Numbered from the stretch's first letter, positions 21,223 to 31,143 are shown. The stretch: DNA of 64,000 nt from an uncultured Flavobacteriales bacterium (GCA_964419045.1 CAYQNO010000009.1:267225-331224), one strand, 5' to 3'. Notes: a model not told the origin generated them from the letters alone. Made by a program: numbers and translations.

Positions 21223-21310
21223 TTACACCAACGACCCTAGTTGCCGAGCTTACTAAGCGGTATTGTTATAGTAGTGGACCCATTTTGAAACAACCTGAGT
21301 CTGAAGCAGA

Positions 21311-22939
21311 ATGAAACGTGAGAATATGAAATTTGACGTGGTGATAGTCGGTGCTGGCCCAGCGGGGCTGGCAGCAGCGATTCGGCTAAAGCAACAAAGC
21401 ACCAAACAAGGTTCGGGTCTTTCGGTCTGCGTCCTGGAGAAAGGTTCGGAGGTTGGAGCCCATATCCTTTCCGGAGCTGTAATAGAAACACGTGCTTTGG
21501 AAGAACTGTTTCCCAATTGGAATGAATTAGACGCACCGTTGCGTACGCCGGTAAGCGAAGAATCTTTCCTCTACCTTACTGAAAGACGTGCAATCAAAAT
21601 GCCTACACCACCGCAGATGTGTAATGATGGAAACTATGTTATTAGCCTCGGTTTACTTTGCCGGTGGTTGGCACAACAGGCGGAATTGCTTGGTGTTGAA
21701 ATTTATCCAGGGTTCGCCGCCGCCGAAGTGCTGTATGGCGAGGATGGTTCTGTCAAAGGTGTAGCCACGGGTGATATGGGTGTCTCTCGATCGGGAATAC
21801 CTAATGAGAACCATGAACCGGGCATCGAGCTTCATGGACGTCAGACGTTATTTGCGGAAGGATGCCGCGGATCATTGGCTGAAAGTCTCATCCATAAATT
21901 TTCTCTGCGCGACAATTGTGACCCGCAAACATACGGGATTGGCTTAAAAGAACTATGGGAAGTTGAGCCGGTTAATCATCGACCGGGCCGTGTCATTCAT
22001 ACGATTGGTTGGCCGCTTGATTGGCAAACGTATGGTGGCTCATTTCTTTATCACCTTGAAGGTAATATGGTCGCAGTTGGATTTGTTGTAGGCTTGGACT
22101 ATCAAAACCCACATCTCAGCCCGTATAGCGAGTTTCAACGTTTTAAGCACCACCCGGCAATTTGTGAAGTTTTCGATGGTGCGCGACGAATCTCCTACGG
22201 TGCGCGAGCGCTTAACGAAGGCGGGTTCCAGTCCATACCTAAGATCACATTTCCGGGTGGGGGTCTAATAGGTGCAAGTGCTGGCTTCATGAATGTGCCA
22301 AAGATAAAGGGCACACATACCGCGATGAAGTCAGGCATAGATTGCGCAGACGCGGTTTTCGAGTTGCTATCGGGTGAAAGGGAGGGTGTAGAGCCTTTCG
22401 GTTATGCTGAACGGTTGGAAAGGTCATGGGTTTGGCAGGAACTTTACAGGCAACGTAATATTCGGCCAGCTTTTCGATGGGGCCTTTTTGCAGGTCTTAT
22501 CAACGCTGGGGTGGACACCTATCTGTTCCGTGGACGCGCACCCTGGACGCTCAAGAATTACGAAGATCACACAACACTGATGCTAGCCAATGAATGCCAT
22601 CCGATTGCTTACCCAAAACCAGATGGAGTAATCAGTTTTGATAAACTCACTAACCTTTCTTATTCGGGCACTAGCCATGAGGAGGATCAACCGGTACATC
22701 TCCATCTCAAAGATAAGAAGGTCCCAATTGACGTTAATCTTGCCAAGTACGACGCACCAGAACAACGCTACTGTCCGGCAAATGTTTATGAGATTGTTAC
22801 CGACGGCAAAACACCCAAGCTTCAGATAAATGCACAAAATTGTATTCACTGTAAGACTTGCGACATAAAGGATCCTGGCCAGAATATTCATTGGGTTGTT
22901 CCTGAAGGTGGCGGAGGTCCAAATTATCCAGATATGTAG
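21311..22939 (+). CDS. Electron-transfer flavoprotein:ubiquinone oxidoreductase (ETF-QO)
   Basis: 542 aa. Has the FAD motif [15 protein letters not shown] and a C-terminal 4Fe-4S region (RYCPANVYE...[13 protein letters not shown]). The GGGGPNYP tail is typical of ETF-QO. Confidence 0.95.
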   Translation: MKRENMKFDVVIVGAGPAGLAAAIRLKQQSTKQGSGLSVCVLEKGSEVGAHILSGAVIETRALEELFPNWNELDAPLRTPVSEESFLYLTERRAIKMPTPPQMCNDGNYVISLGLLCRWLAQQAELLGVEIYPGFAAAEVLYGEDGSVKGVATGDMGVSRSGIPNENHEPGIELHGRQTLFAEGCRGSLAESLIHKFSLRDNCDPQTYGIGLKELWEVEPVNHRPGRVIHTIGWPLDWQTYGGSFLYHLEGNMVAVGFVVGLDYQNPHLSPYSEFQRFKHHPAICEVFDGARRISYGARALNEGGFQSIPKITFPGGGLIGASAGFMNVPKIKGTHTAMKSGIDCADAVFELLSGEREGVEPFGYAERLERSWVWQELYRQRNIRPAFRWGLFAGLINAGVDTYLFRGRAPWTLKNYEDHTTLMLANECHPIAYPKPDGVISFDKLTNLSYSGTSHEEDQPVHLHLKDKKVPIDVNLAKYDAPEQRYCPANVYEIVTDGKTPKLQINAQNCIHCKTCDIKDPGQNIHWVVPEGGGGPNYPDM

Positions 22940-23022
22940 GAAGCTTGGTTAGTCACTAGTATACTAAACAGTGAAGTGATGTTTATCCGGATCGAAGATG
23001 GTGGCTTGGGGTAGGCATATTT

Positions 23023-24861
23023 GTGTCCAACTTCAATGAGAACATCGGAATGTTGCCAGTGAAAATGGGTTACAGTTTGAACAACAGGGATTTTCGAATG
23101 AGATACTGGCAATCCTACCAACTTTGTGTGCACAAGATTGTAATACTTCCAATGGTTTTAACCATCGTGTTAACGATGAGTTTTGCACTTCCTATACTTG
23201 CAGGAGAACGCGACCATTCGTTGCGGATTGAGGCGGTTAATACCTTGGGTAAGTCATCTGTGTACGGGGTATACCTCGCGGCGTTAGCAGCGGAGCGAAG
23301 TTGGGATTTGCAGCAAGCTGCCACACTGATGATTCGCGTCTTGGAAGATAAGCCAAATGACAAGAGACTGTTAGGCCAGTCATTTAGACTTTCGCTCATG
23401 GCAGGCTTGGGGGAGCAATCGGGGGAGCTAGCAAATCGCTTAGAGGCTGTTGGTGGCGAGGATATGACAGCCAAATTTTTACTCGCGATAAAAAACATCA
23501 ATGATAAGAATTATGTTGCGGCACGTGACAGACTTTCTAACCAATGGGGTAAGGGTTTGGCTGAGTATGCATCTCCAATTTTAACAGCATGGACTGCATT
23601 TGGTATTGGCGATGTAGATGGTGCGCTTTCCGTCCTCACCCAACTCAGAGATAGTGATGGATTTGGTGTATTGAGGCGCCTTCAAGAAGGGATGATTAAT
23701 GATCTAGCGGATCGAACGACGGCGGCAGAAGCTGCCTATCGAGAATTAGTTGTAGACCCTTCGGAATCATCACTTAGAGCTGTTCGCGCCTTAGGCTCAT
23801 TTTTGGAAAGAAGTGGGCGTATAGAGCAGGCAAGAACAATTTACGAGACCTACCTTGCGAGCCATCCTGGCAATATTCTGTTAGAGAACGAGCTTGAACG
23901 AATGGCGAGTCATCGATTGCCGAGGTCGCTCGTGAATACACCTGCCGAGGGAATCGCTGAAGGCTTATTCCACTTGGCATCGGTTATACCGAGAGATCGT
24001 GGCGATGACCTGGCTTTAATGTACGCGCAGCTCTCATTAGCTGCTCGGCCAGATTTTGAGCTTTCTAAACTTTTGGTCGGCGATTTGCTTGATTCCAGGA
24101 AGCGATTTGTTGAAGCGATAGACTTGTATAGATCGATCGAGCCAGAATCTTTGTATCGATGGACTGCGCAATTGCGAATTGCTGACAATCTAAACGAATT
24201 AGAGAATCTTGATGGTGCCGTGCGGTTGTTAAGGATCATGGCTGATGAACAATCGGATAGACCTGAACCGCTGATCAAACTTGGAAATTTATTGCGCTAT
24301 AACCATCGATTTCATGATGCTATACGTGCCTATGACCGTGCGTTTGATCGTATTGACACCATTAAGAAAAGTGATTGGAGTCTTTATTATAATCTGGGGA
24401 TAGCACTTGAACGTACCAAACAATGGGCGAGGGCAGAGGACAATTTTCTTAAAGCCTTGGAGCTCGAACCCGATCAACCGTTTGTTCTTAATTACCTTGG
24501 TTATTCGTGGGTTGAACAAGGTCGAAATCTTGGACGTGCGCGAAAAATGATTGAGAAGGCGGTTTCTCAACGACGTGAGGATGGCTACATCGTCGATTCT
24601 TTAGGATGGGTTCTTTACAGGCTTGGTGAGTGGGAGGATGCGGCTCGTCATCTTGAACGTGCAGTACTCTTGCGGCCACAGGATGCAGTTATTAATGACC
24701 ATCTTGGTGACGCGCTATGGCGTGTGGGCCGACGCAACGAGGCACGCTTTCAGTGGAACCGTGCACTAACTCTTGAGCCTGATGCAAATTTAGTTAAGGG
24801 CATAGAGAACAAACTTGAAAATGGTCTTGGCGAGCCAGTCGTGCTCAAGCCAGGCGGATGA
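23023..24861 (+). CDS. Tetratricopeptide-repeat protein, probably periplasmic or membrane-anchored
   Basis: 612 aa with a hydrophobic N-terminal segment (ILPMVLTIVLTMSFALPILA) and multiple TPR-like A/L/Y/G-patterned repeats toward the C-terminus. The exact start is uncertain. Confidence 0.75.
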   Translation: MSNFNENIGMLPVKMGYSLNNRDFRMRYWQSYQLCVHKIVILPMVLTIVLTMSFALPILAGERDHSLRIEAVNTLGKSSVYGVYLAALAAERSWDLQQAATLMIRVLEDKPNDKRLLGQSFRLSLMAGLGEQSGELANRLEAVGGEDMTAKFLLAIKNINDKNYVAARDRLSNQWGKGLAEYASPILTAWTAFGIGDVDGALSVLTQLRDSDGFGVLRRLQEGMINDLADRTTAAEAAYRELVVDPSESSLRAVRALGSFLERSGRIEQARTIYETYLASHPGNILLENELERMASHRLPRSLVNTPAEGIAEGLFHLASVIPRDRGDDLALMYAQLSLAARPDFELSKLLVGDLLDSRKRFVEAIDLYRSIEPESLYRWTAQLRIADNLNELENLDGAVRLLRIMADEQSDRPEPLIKLGNLLRYNHRFHDAIRAYDRAFDRIDTIKKSDWSLYYNLGIALERTKQWARAEDNFLKALELEPDQPFVLNYLGYSWVEQGRNLGRARKMIEKAVSQRREDGYIVDSLGWVLYRLGEWEDAARHLERAVLLRPQDAVINDHLGDALWRVGRRNEARFQWNRALTLEPDANLVKGIENKLENGLGEPVVLKPGG

Positions 24862-24971
24862 ATGCCAAATCATTGGGAGTCGCGAATGAATATAATTTTC
24901 CGGTTTGTCAACTTGCGGTGAGCGAACTGTTAGGCATATGGTTTGTTCGAATACGTAAGCGCCGAGGGACT

Positions 24972-25045
24972 TGGGGCGTAGCCAAGCGGTAAGGCAACGG
25001 GTTTTGATCCCGTGATCGCAGGTTCGATCCCTGCCGCCCCAGCCA
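24972..25045 (+). tRNA. tRNA-Gln: tRNA-Gln (anticodon UUG), genomically encoded CCA
   Basis: Hand-folded cloverleaf. The acceptor stem is TGGGGCG/CGCCCCA. The D-arm contains AGCCAAGCGGTAAGGC. The anticodon stem ACGGG/CCCGT closes the loop TTTTGAT (anticodon TTG). The T-arm is GCAGG-TTCGATC-CCTGC, followed by discriminator G and CCA. Confidence 0.93.
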
Positions 25046-25216
25046 GCAAGCTTTATAGCTACTCTACCAATACCAAGGGAATTAGATGGTTACTCTCGTT
25101 TTCGAGTTGAAAAGTCGGTATGACTAATCGGTACCTATTATGTTAGAATAAATAAGACTGGGGCAAATAGAGATTAAGGGCGCTAGAATGAAAGATAATG
25201 GTGTGCTGGCAGCGCG

Positions 25217-26266
25217 ATGCTTAGTCAGGCAGGTGCTGACGAAAATTTTGCGAACCCACGTCGAACGTCGATGAACAAATTGAAGACGCCTTTACCCCCT
25301 GTTGTCAGGATAGAACCCGCGAGTGCGTGTAATCTCAAATGTTCGCACTGTCCGACGGGTGTGTTTGATATGGCGCGAACAATAATGAAGCCGGAAGTTT
25401 TTGAACGTTGCATCGAGGAGGTGGCAAAGCACGTACCACCTATACGTGTTTGTTCGCTTTACCAGGGAGGTGAACCGTTTTTGAACAAGCATTTTATGTC
25501 GATGATCCCGAGAGTCAAAGCATTAGGAATACCCTTGGTTAAGACGATTTCCAATGCAATGCTGATCCGGTCGGAAATGTGCGACGATATTATTACATCA
25601 GGCCTAGACGAAATTGAAATTTCAATCGATGGCCATAGTCCAGAGGAGAATGACCGCGTTAGAATTAATGCCCGATTCGAACATTTAAACATGATTGTTC
25701 ACAAGCTGGTGGAGGCTAACAAGCGACATGGTCGGCGAATCAAAATTGTTATATCTTCGACCCAATTTCTTAAGATTGAAAACCCCGTTGTTGACGAAGA
25801 ACCGGGCCCGCCCGCCTACTTGTGCAAGGCATTTGAAGACATATTAGAAGAGATTGCATTCAAGCCGATCTGGGCCCGACTCTGGCCTTCAAACCTTCCA
25901 GCCGAAGGTTACGACCTATTGCATGACGACCGTGCTTTCACAACACCAAATCGGTGTAGTATTCTCGACGACATGATTAATATACGTGCCGATGGCACCG
26001 TGGTTGCTTGTTGCTACGACCTGACTTCCATGAGCAATTTTGGCAATATTATGGACATGTCCCTGCAGGAAATCTGGGACGGCTACAAATCCAGAAAGTT
26101 TCGCGAAGAATTTTCCAACGGCGAATATCCGGAATTATGCCAGAATTGCCTTGTTGTGACGGGTACCAAATTCTTAATACACAAGAAGGATAACCTTGGG
26201 CGAAAGGAGATACGTCTTTCGGAATTGCGGACAAAATGTGATGACGCAGCAGTAACTCGTCGATAG
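25217..26266 (+). CDS. Radical SAM enzyme with C-terminal SPASM/twitch-like Cys-rich domain
   Basis: 349 aa. The CX3CX2C cluster motif is EPASACNLKCSHCPTG. C-terminal cysteines are present (RCS...VVACCYD...ELCQNCLV). An alternative start is the ATG at 25271 (MNKLKTP). Confidence 0.85.
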   Translation: MLSQAGADENFANPRRTSMNKLKTPLPPVVRIEPASACNLKCSHCPTGVFDMARTIMKPEVFERCIEEVAKHVPPIRVCSLYQGGEPFLNKHFMSMIPRVKALGIPLVKTISNAMLIRSEMCDDIITSGLDEIEISIDGHSPEENDRVRINARFEHLNMIVHKLVEANKRHGRRIKIVISSTQFLKIENPVVDEEPGPPAYLCKAFEDILEEIAFKPIWARLWPSNLPAEGYDLLHDDRAFTTPNRCSILDDMINIRADGTVVACCYDLTSMSNFGNIMDMSLQEIWDGYKSRKFREEFSNGEYPELCQNCLVVTGTKFLIHKKDNLGRKEIRLSELRTKCDDAAVTRR

Positions 26267-26413
26267 GCGCATGACACGATGACTAAACTCTGGACTGAGT
26301 TCGATGGGGAACAGTGTAATTGGGACCCGCGGAGCAAGAATAGCGTTAAGCATCAAGCAATTAATGACGCAGAGTGTGCGCGAATGAACATTTGTGGAGA
26401 AGGATAATTGGAG

Positions 26414-27619
26414 ATGACAAAGACATTAAGAGAAATCATCAGTAAAGAGCAAATTGAGGCATTGCGCCGACCAATTGATGACGCGCGCGGATTGCCGGGT
26501 GCTGCCTACACTGACGAGGATTTCTTCGCACTTGAGCAGGAAAGGATGTTTCGCCGCACTTGGATGTGCGTCGGATTCGAATGTGATATCCCCGAACCGG
26601 GTGATGCGATGCCTATAATGGTTGGTGGGTTACCGATTATACTTGTTAGAAGTAAAAATCGCGAGATCAAGGCATTTCATAATGTCTGTCGCCATCGTGC
26701 GACACTTGTCCTGACCGAGCCAGGAAAGGGATTAACGTCGCTTACCTGCCCGTATCATGCTTGGGCATGGGATTTGGACGGGAAACTCAAAGCGACACCA
26801 TATTTTGACGGTTCAAGAGGTGGTGATAAGCGAGGTCGTTTTGACAAAGAGAAATATGGCCTCGTGCCAGTGCGCTGCGGCGTTTGGCAACATTGGGTGT
26901 TTGTGAACATGGACGGTAACGCACCGTCATTGAGTGAACATGTTCGTCCTATGGTTGAGTTGCTTAATGGTCAGGATCTTGGTGCCTGTCGTGTTGGATT
27001 GCGTGAAGATTGGGAATTTGATGCGAACTGGAAACTACAAAACGATAACTGGGAGACGTATCATCACATTTGGGTTCACAAGGGGATATTTAATAAGATG
27101 TCTGACGAGGTGAACCTCAAAACAGGTGAGCCATGGACCATCACGAGGCAAAATGGCACTGTCGTTACACTGACCCGTCGTCCAGGAGGCCCCCCATTCC
27201 CTCGGGCAAAAAGTAAATTACCGATGATTCCTATCCCAAAAGGACAGGAACGTTTTGGTGGTACGAATGTAATATTCCCTAATGTGACGATGACAATTGC
27301 TGGAAATCACATTGCGTCGGTAGTAACGGATCCAATAGCACCAGACAAGACAATCGCAAAAATGGGATTCTTTTTTGTCGGTGACGCAGCCACATCGAAG
27401 AGTTACGCAGCAGATCGCAAACGAACACTGGATCGTTGGATGGGGCCAACCCGAAAGAAAGGTGACCTCGGTGGGATTCGTAGTCAGGATATGGATATCT
27501 GGGAGGTACAACAGATTGCTCGTAAGTCGCCAGTCGCCGACGAGGTGGTGTTTTCACCTACTTGGGAAGCTAACATTCACCATTTCCAGAAAATGCTGAT
27601 AGAGTATATGGACGCTTAA
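26414..27619 (+). CDS. Rieske [2Fe-2S] non-heme iron oxygenase, alpha-subunit-like (paralogue 1)
   Basis: 401 aa from the ATG at 26414, with GGAGAAGGA upstream. The Rieske motif is CRHR...CPYHAWAW. The mononuclear iron motif is NDNWETYHHIWVH. A TTG at 26408 is an alternative start. Confidence 0.85.
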   Translation: MTKTLREIISKEQIEALRRPIDDARGLPGAAYTDEDFFALEQERMFRRTWMCVGFECDIPEPGDAMPIMVGGLPIILVRSKNREIKAFHNVCRHRATLVLTEPGKGLTSLTCPYHAWAWDLDGKLKATPYFDGSRGGDKRGRFDKEKYGLVPVRCGVWQHWVFVNMDGNAPSLSEHVRPMVELLNGQDLGACRVGLREDWEFDANWKLQNDNWETYHHIWVHKGIFNKMSDEVNLKTGEPWTITRQNGTVVTLTRRPGGPPFPRAKSKLPMIPIPKGQERFGGTNVIFPNVTMTIAGNHIASVVTDPIAPDKTIAKMGFFFVGDAATSKSYAADRKRTLDRWMGPTRKKGDLGGIRSQDMDIWEVQQIARKSPVADEVVFSPTWEANIHHFQKMLIEYMDA

Positions 27620-27935
27620 GCTTCCAACTAAGTTTTTGGTGTCTTAAATATGGAGTGGTTTCGGTTCGAGTAATACTCAAATTCCATGCCACCAACATGA
27701 AGTGCTAAAATTATGAGGTTACTTCTAAAAACCGTGTCACTATAATTTTTAGCAGTCAGGGATTACATTATTTGGCAAACCTTTGAAAAGTCCGAACAAG
27801 ATTCTGTTTCGCACATGGTTCGAAAGTGGTTTAAATTTCAAGGTTTTCCTATTATCGTTAGATTAAGTGGAAAACTTTTCCTGAGCAAAAGTGAATTTGG
27901 TTTGGAGTTTCGGTGATTTTCGAAAGGATGAAGCA

Positions 27936-29156
27936 ATGACACGGACGGTTGAAGAGATATTGGGTAAGCAAGCAATTGAGGCGGTTCGCCGCCCGGTCGA
28001 GAAGGCGGGAGGACTGCCTGGGGTTGCCTATACGAGCGATGAATTTTTTGATCTCGAACAGGAAAAGTTTTTTCCGCGTACGTGGATGGGTGTTGGTTTC
28101 GAGTGTGACATACCCAATCCGGGAGACGCAATTCCGATCATGATTGGTAAACTTCCGATCATACTTGTGCGCAATAAGAAGCGTGAAATTAAGGCGTTTC
28201 ACAATGTTTGTCGTCACCGTGCCTCGATGGTCCTGACCCAACCCGAGAAGGGTCTCACTACGCTGACTTGCCCTTACCATGCATGGGCCTGGGATCTCGA
28301 TGGCAAGCTGAAGGCAATTCCATATTTTGACGGTACGAAGAACGGCCGAAACACTGACCTCGACTGGAGTAAGTATGGCCTAGTACCAGTTCGATGTGCG
28401 GTTTGGAACCACTGGATCTTCGTAAACCTTGATGGCAATGCGCCGCCTATTGAGCAGCATGTGAAACCACTTCACGATTTGATCGGTGGTATTGATCTAA
28501 GCACTACCAAGGTTGCCAAGCGAGAAGACTGGGCATTTGATGCAAATTGGAAGCTGCAAAATGACAATTGGGAAACATACCATCATATTTGGGTGCATAA
28601 GGGCATCTTCAACAAAATATCGGATGATCTTGAACTGAAAACTGGTAAGCCATGGAGTGATACACTGCAGATTGGCGAGCTCGTTACATTGAAAGGACGC
28701 GAGGGTAGGCCGCCACGGTCGGACGGTGGCGGGTATGGTAACAAGGCTCATGTGCTGCCGCTAATTCCCTTGCCTGCTGGAACTGAAAGGTCAACGTGTA
28801 CGAGTATTCTATTTCCAAATGTAACTGTGACCGTGTCAGATAATCACATCGCATCTGTGATAACTGATCCGATCGCACCGAACCGTACGGTGGCTAAACT
28901 AGGGTTTTTCTTCGTTGGGGAGGCGGCAACGGCTAAGAAATATGCGCCTGGCCGTAAGCAAGTATTGGACCGTTGGCTTGGTAAGACGCGTTCTGTCACA
29001 GGTCGTGACGGCATTCGTAGTCAAGATTTTGGCATTTGGGAAGTTCAGCAAATTGCCAGACAATCACCTGTGGCTGATGAGGTTGTGTTTTCTCCGGTAT
29101 GGGAACGAAACATTCATCATTTTCACAACCAACTTTTGAATACAATACAAGGGTAA
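27936..29156 (+). CDS. Rieske [2Fe-2S] non-heme iron oxygenase, alpha-subunit-like (paralogue 2)
   Basis: 406 aa from the ATG at 27936, with AAAGGA upstream. It carries the same CRHR...CPYHAWAW and NDNWETYHHIWVH motifs and is collinear with paralogue 1 over its full length. Confidence 0.85.
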   Translation: MTRTVEEILGKQAIEAVRRPVEKAGGLPGVAYTSDEFFDLEQEKFFPRTWMGVGFECDIPNPGDAIPIMIGKLPIILVRNKKREIKAFHNVCRHRASMVLTQPEKGLTTLTCPYHAWAWDLDGKLKAIPYFDGTKNGRNTDLDWSKYGLVPVRCAVWNHWIFVNLDGNAPPIEQHVKPLHDLIGGIDLSTTKVAKREDWAFDANWKLQNDNWETYHHIWVHKGIFNKISDDLELKTGKPWSDTLQIGELVTLKGREGRPPRSDGGGYGNKAHVLPLIPLPAGTERSTCTSILFPNVTVTVSDNHIASVITDPIAPNRTVAKLGFFFVGEAATAKKYAPGRKQVLDRWLGKTRSVTGRDGIRSQDFGIWEVQQIARQSPVADEVVFSPVWERNIHHFHNQLLNTIQG

Positions 29157-29306
29157 TTAACTCTGTGATTTAAATAAACTGAGTCTATGGTCATGTAATT
29201 TGGGAATAGTAACAGCTGTTAATTTGCATTTTGACGTTCTTATCAATTATTCCGTTCGAATCGGTGGGGGTTACGTAAACAGATTTGGGGAATTGTGAGA
29301 AGAGCG

Positions 29307-29347
29307 GTCGACATCCCTACTGGGCGATAAAAATTGGGGGAGTCGAC
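29307..29347 (+). promoter_or_regulatory. Imperfect stem-loop in the leader of the ABC transporter operon
   Basis: GTCGACATCCC (29307-29317) pairs with GGGGAGTCGAC (29337-29347): 6 bp, one A/A mismatch, then 4 bp including a G-U. The loop is about 19 nt. The structure ends 28 nt before the permease start codon. The function is unknown. Confidence 0.35.
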
Positions 29348-29374
29348 TAATTTAGGTCGGTACCGGAGACAGGT

Positions 29375-30229
29375 ATGAAGGCAAACTGGGGCCTAGTACT
29401 GTTGCCACCACTGGTGGTGTGCATGCTCATGCTGTTTGGCAGCCAATGGGTATTTCTTCGCTCGAGTTTTTTCGAGGACCTTGGAATTGGTCTGCTTGGT
29501 ACGGAAGTTATATTCGATAACTATTATGCGGTCTTTGTAGACCCGTTTTTCTTAGATTCACTGATCCTAAACTTTCAACTTGCAGCGGGTGTGGTTGTTT
29601 CGACGTTAATTGTTGCATATCCTGTGGCTTACACGATTGCCCGGATGCGGGCAAAATGGGCAATGATTTTTCTTGCTGGAATTGTGGTATCGTCATTCGT
29701 ATCCATTGTTATTAAAATCTTAGGAATAATCATTCTTTTTGCCGCTGATGGTCCAATGGTTAAGACATTGAAGGCGATCGGCATTATGGGCGAGCGATTT
29801 GCAGTGATTGGTTCTATGCAAGGTGTTGTAATAGGCTTAACCCACTTAGCCATTGCCTTTATGGTGATGATGCTGTTTAGCGTGATTCAAACAATTCCAC
29901 GATCAATGGAAGAAGCCGCTGAAATTCATGGGGCGCCACGTTGGCGTGTGTTTTACCGTGTTATAGTTCCGTTAAGTTTGCCAGGAGTTGTTAGTGCTTC
30001 TCTTTTGTTATTCAATATTGTGATGGGAGCATTTGTATCTGCGCTTCTACTTGGTGGTGGTAAAATTATGACGTTGCCGGTCGTTATTCAACGAACCATT
30101 ATGCTCTATTCGGAATATGGCATGGCGGCAGCGTTGTCCGCAGTTCTTATGCTTTTCGTGCTTGCAATTAATATCCTTTCTGTATTCCTCGTCACTCGAC
30201 TACGTGCCGCAAGCTCGGCTGTAACATGA
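29375..30229 (+). CDS. ABC transporter permease (PotB/binding-protein-dependent family)
   Basis: 284 aa with about 6 TM helices and an EAA-like loop (EEAAEIHGAPRWRVFYRVIVPL). Confidence 0.88.
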   Translation: MKANWGLVLLPPLVVCMLMLFGSQWVFLRSSFFEDLGIGLLGTEVIFDNYYAVFVDPFFLDSLILNFQLAAGVVVSTLIVAYPVAYTIARMRAKWAMIFLAGIVVSSFVSIVIKILGIIILFAADGPMVKTLKAIGIMGERFAVIGSMQGVVIGLTHLAIAFMVMMLFSVIQTIPRSMEEAAEIHGAPRWRVFYRVIVPLSLPGVVSASLLLFNIVMGAFVSALLLGGGKIMTLPVVIQRTIMLYSEYGMAAALSAVLMLFVLAINILSVFLVTRLRAASSAVT

Positions 30230-31143
30230 ACGAACAACGATCATCAGAACCGTCTGTGGGTATTCTTAGTGTGGCGCGTCTAATGCGTTCAAGTTTTCAA
30301 TTCAATATTGGCCGTAGATTTAGACGGTTTTGTGCGTACACGTGGGTTGGCACCGTCTACACGTTTATATTTGCTCCAATTCTTGTTGTGATAGCCTCGT
30401 CATTCGATGGTGGCTCAATTGTTGCAGGACGTGCCGTTCTGCAGTTTCCGCCGCAGAACTTGTCTCTCCAGTGGTATGGGTTGATACCGGTGTCAATGTA
30501 TCAGTCATTATGGGTCAGCACATCAATGGCAGCCATATCAGCGGCCAGCGGCATAATACTTGGAGTGCCGGCTGCACTAGGTATAATTAGAGGTAAGTTT
30601 TACGGTAAAACGTTACTTGGCTCACTGTTTCGCGCACCGCTGCAGATTCCGTTTATAGTAATTGGTATTGCGTTTCTCCAGACTTACTATTTCTTAGGTG
30701 ATCTGATGGGGCTCCATATGCGGGGAACCTTTACCGGTCTGGTAGTGGGTCACGTCTTCGTTGCTACTCCCTATGTCGTGGGTGCGGTCGGAGCGCAGCT
30801 TCAGCGGTTTAATCCCGCTTATGAGGAGGCCGCACTAATTCATGGAGCAAGCCGTTGGAGAGCTTTTTACCGTGTCACTATGCCAATCATAATGCCCGGT
30901 ATATATGCGGGTGGACTTTATGCTTTTCTAATATCGTTTGGGGATGTGACAATTTCGATGTTTCTTTCGGGGCCAGATATGAGTCCGCTTCCGGTAGAAA
31001 TTTTTTATGCGCTTGACAATGATTTTGAACCGACCATTACAGCTATTGCTTCTCTAGTAGTGGTAGGTTCTTTAATTGTGTTATATTTAATCCAGCGCCT
31101 TGTAGGAATGGAGGTACTATTGCGTGGTGGTGGAAGCGGCTAG
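30226..31143 (+). CDS. ABC transporter permease (PotC-like)
   Basis: 305 aa with an EAA-like loop (EEAALIHGASRWRAFYRVTMPI). An ATGA start/stop overlap with the upstream permease indicates translational coupling. Confidence 0.88.
   Translation: MNEQRSSEPSVGILSVARLMRSSFQFNIGRRFRRFCAYTWVGTVYTFIFAPILVVIASSFDGGSIVAGRAVLQFPPQNLSLQWYGLIPVSMYQSLWVSTSMAAISAASGIILGVPAALGIIRGKFYGKTLLGSLFRAPLQIPFIVIGIAFLQTYYFLGDLMGLHMRGTFTGLVVGHVFVATPYVVGAVGAQLQRFNPAYEEAALIHGASRWRAFYRVTMPIIMPGIYAGGLYAFLISFGDVTISMFLSGPDMSPLPVEIFYALDNDFEPTITAIASLVVVGSLIVLYLIQRLVGMEVLLRGGGSG

Noticed and set aside
21237-21536. Two minus-strand ORFs (99 and 87 aa) spanning the udg/ETF-QO divergent promoter and the ETF-QO 5' end
   Set aside because: They overlap the confidently called ETF-QO N-terminus (the FAD motif) in antisense, and I recognise no features in them.
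29251-29270. tRNA T-loop-like string CCGTTCGAATCGG
   Set aside because: Only a 3-bp stem flanks it, and no acceptor, D or anticodon arms can be folded around it.
29251-29374. Possible guanidine-I (ykkC) riboswitch upstream of the ABC importer, suggested by GGGGTTACG and GGGCGATAAAAATTGGGGGAG resembling the GGGUUCCG and GGGAUAAAAGCCCGGGAGA blocks
   Set aside because: The conserved GGUCCGAGAG and ACACGG blocks are absent, and the P3 pairing (GGGC/GCCC) cannot form. The resemblance is superficial. Only a generic hairpin is reported, and a cmscan would settle the question.
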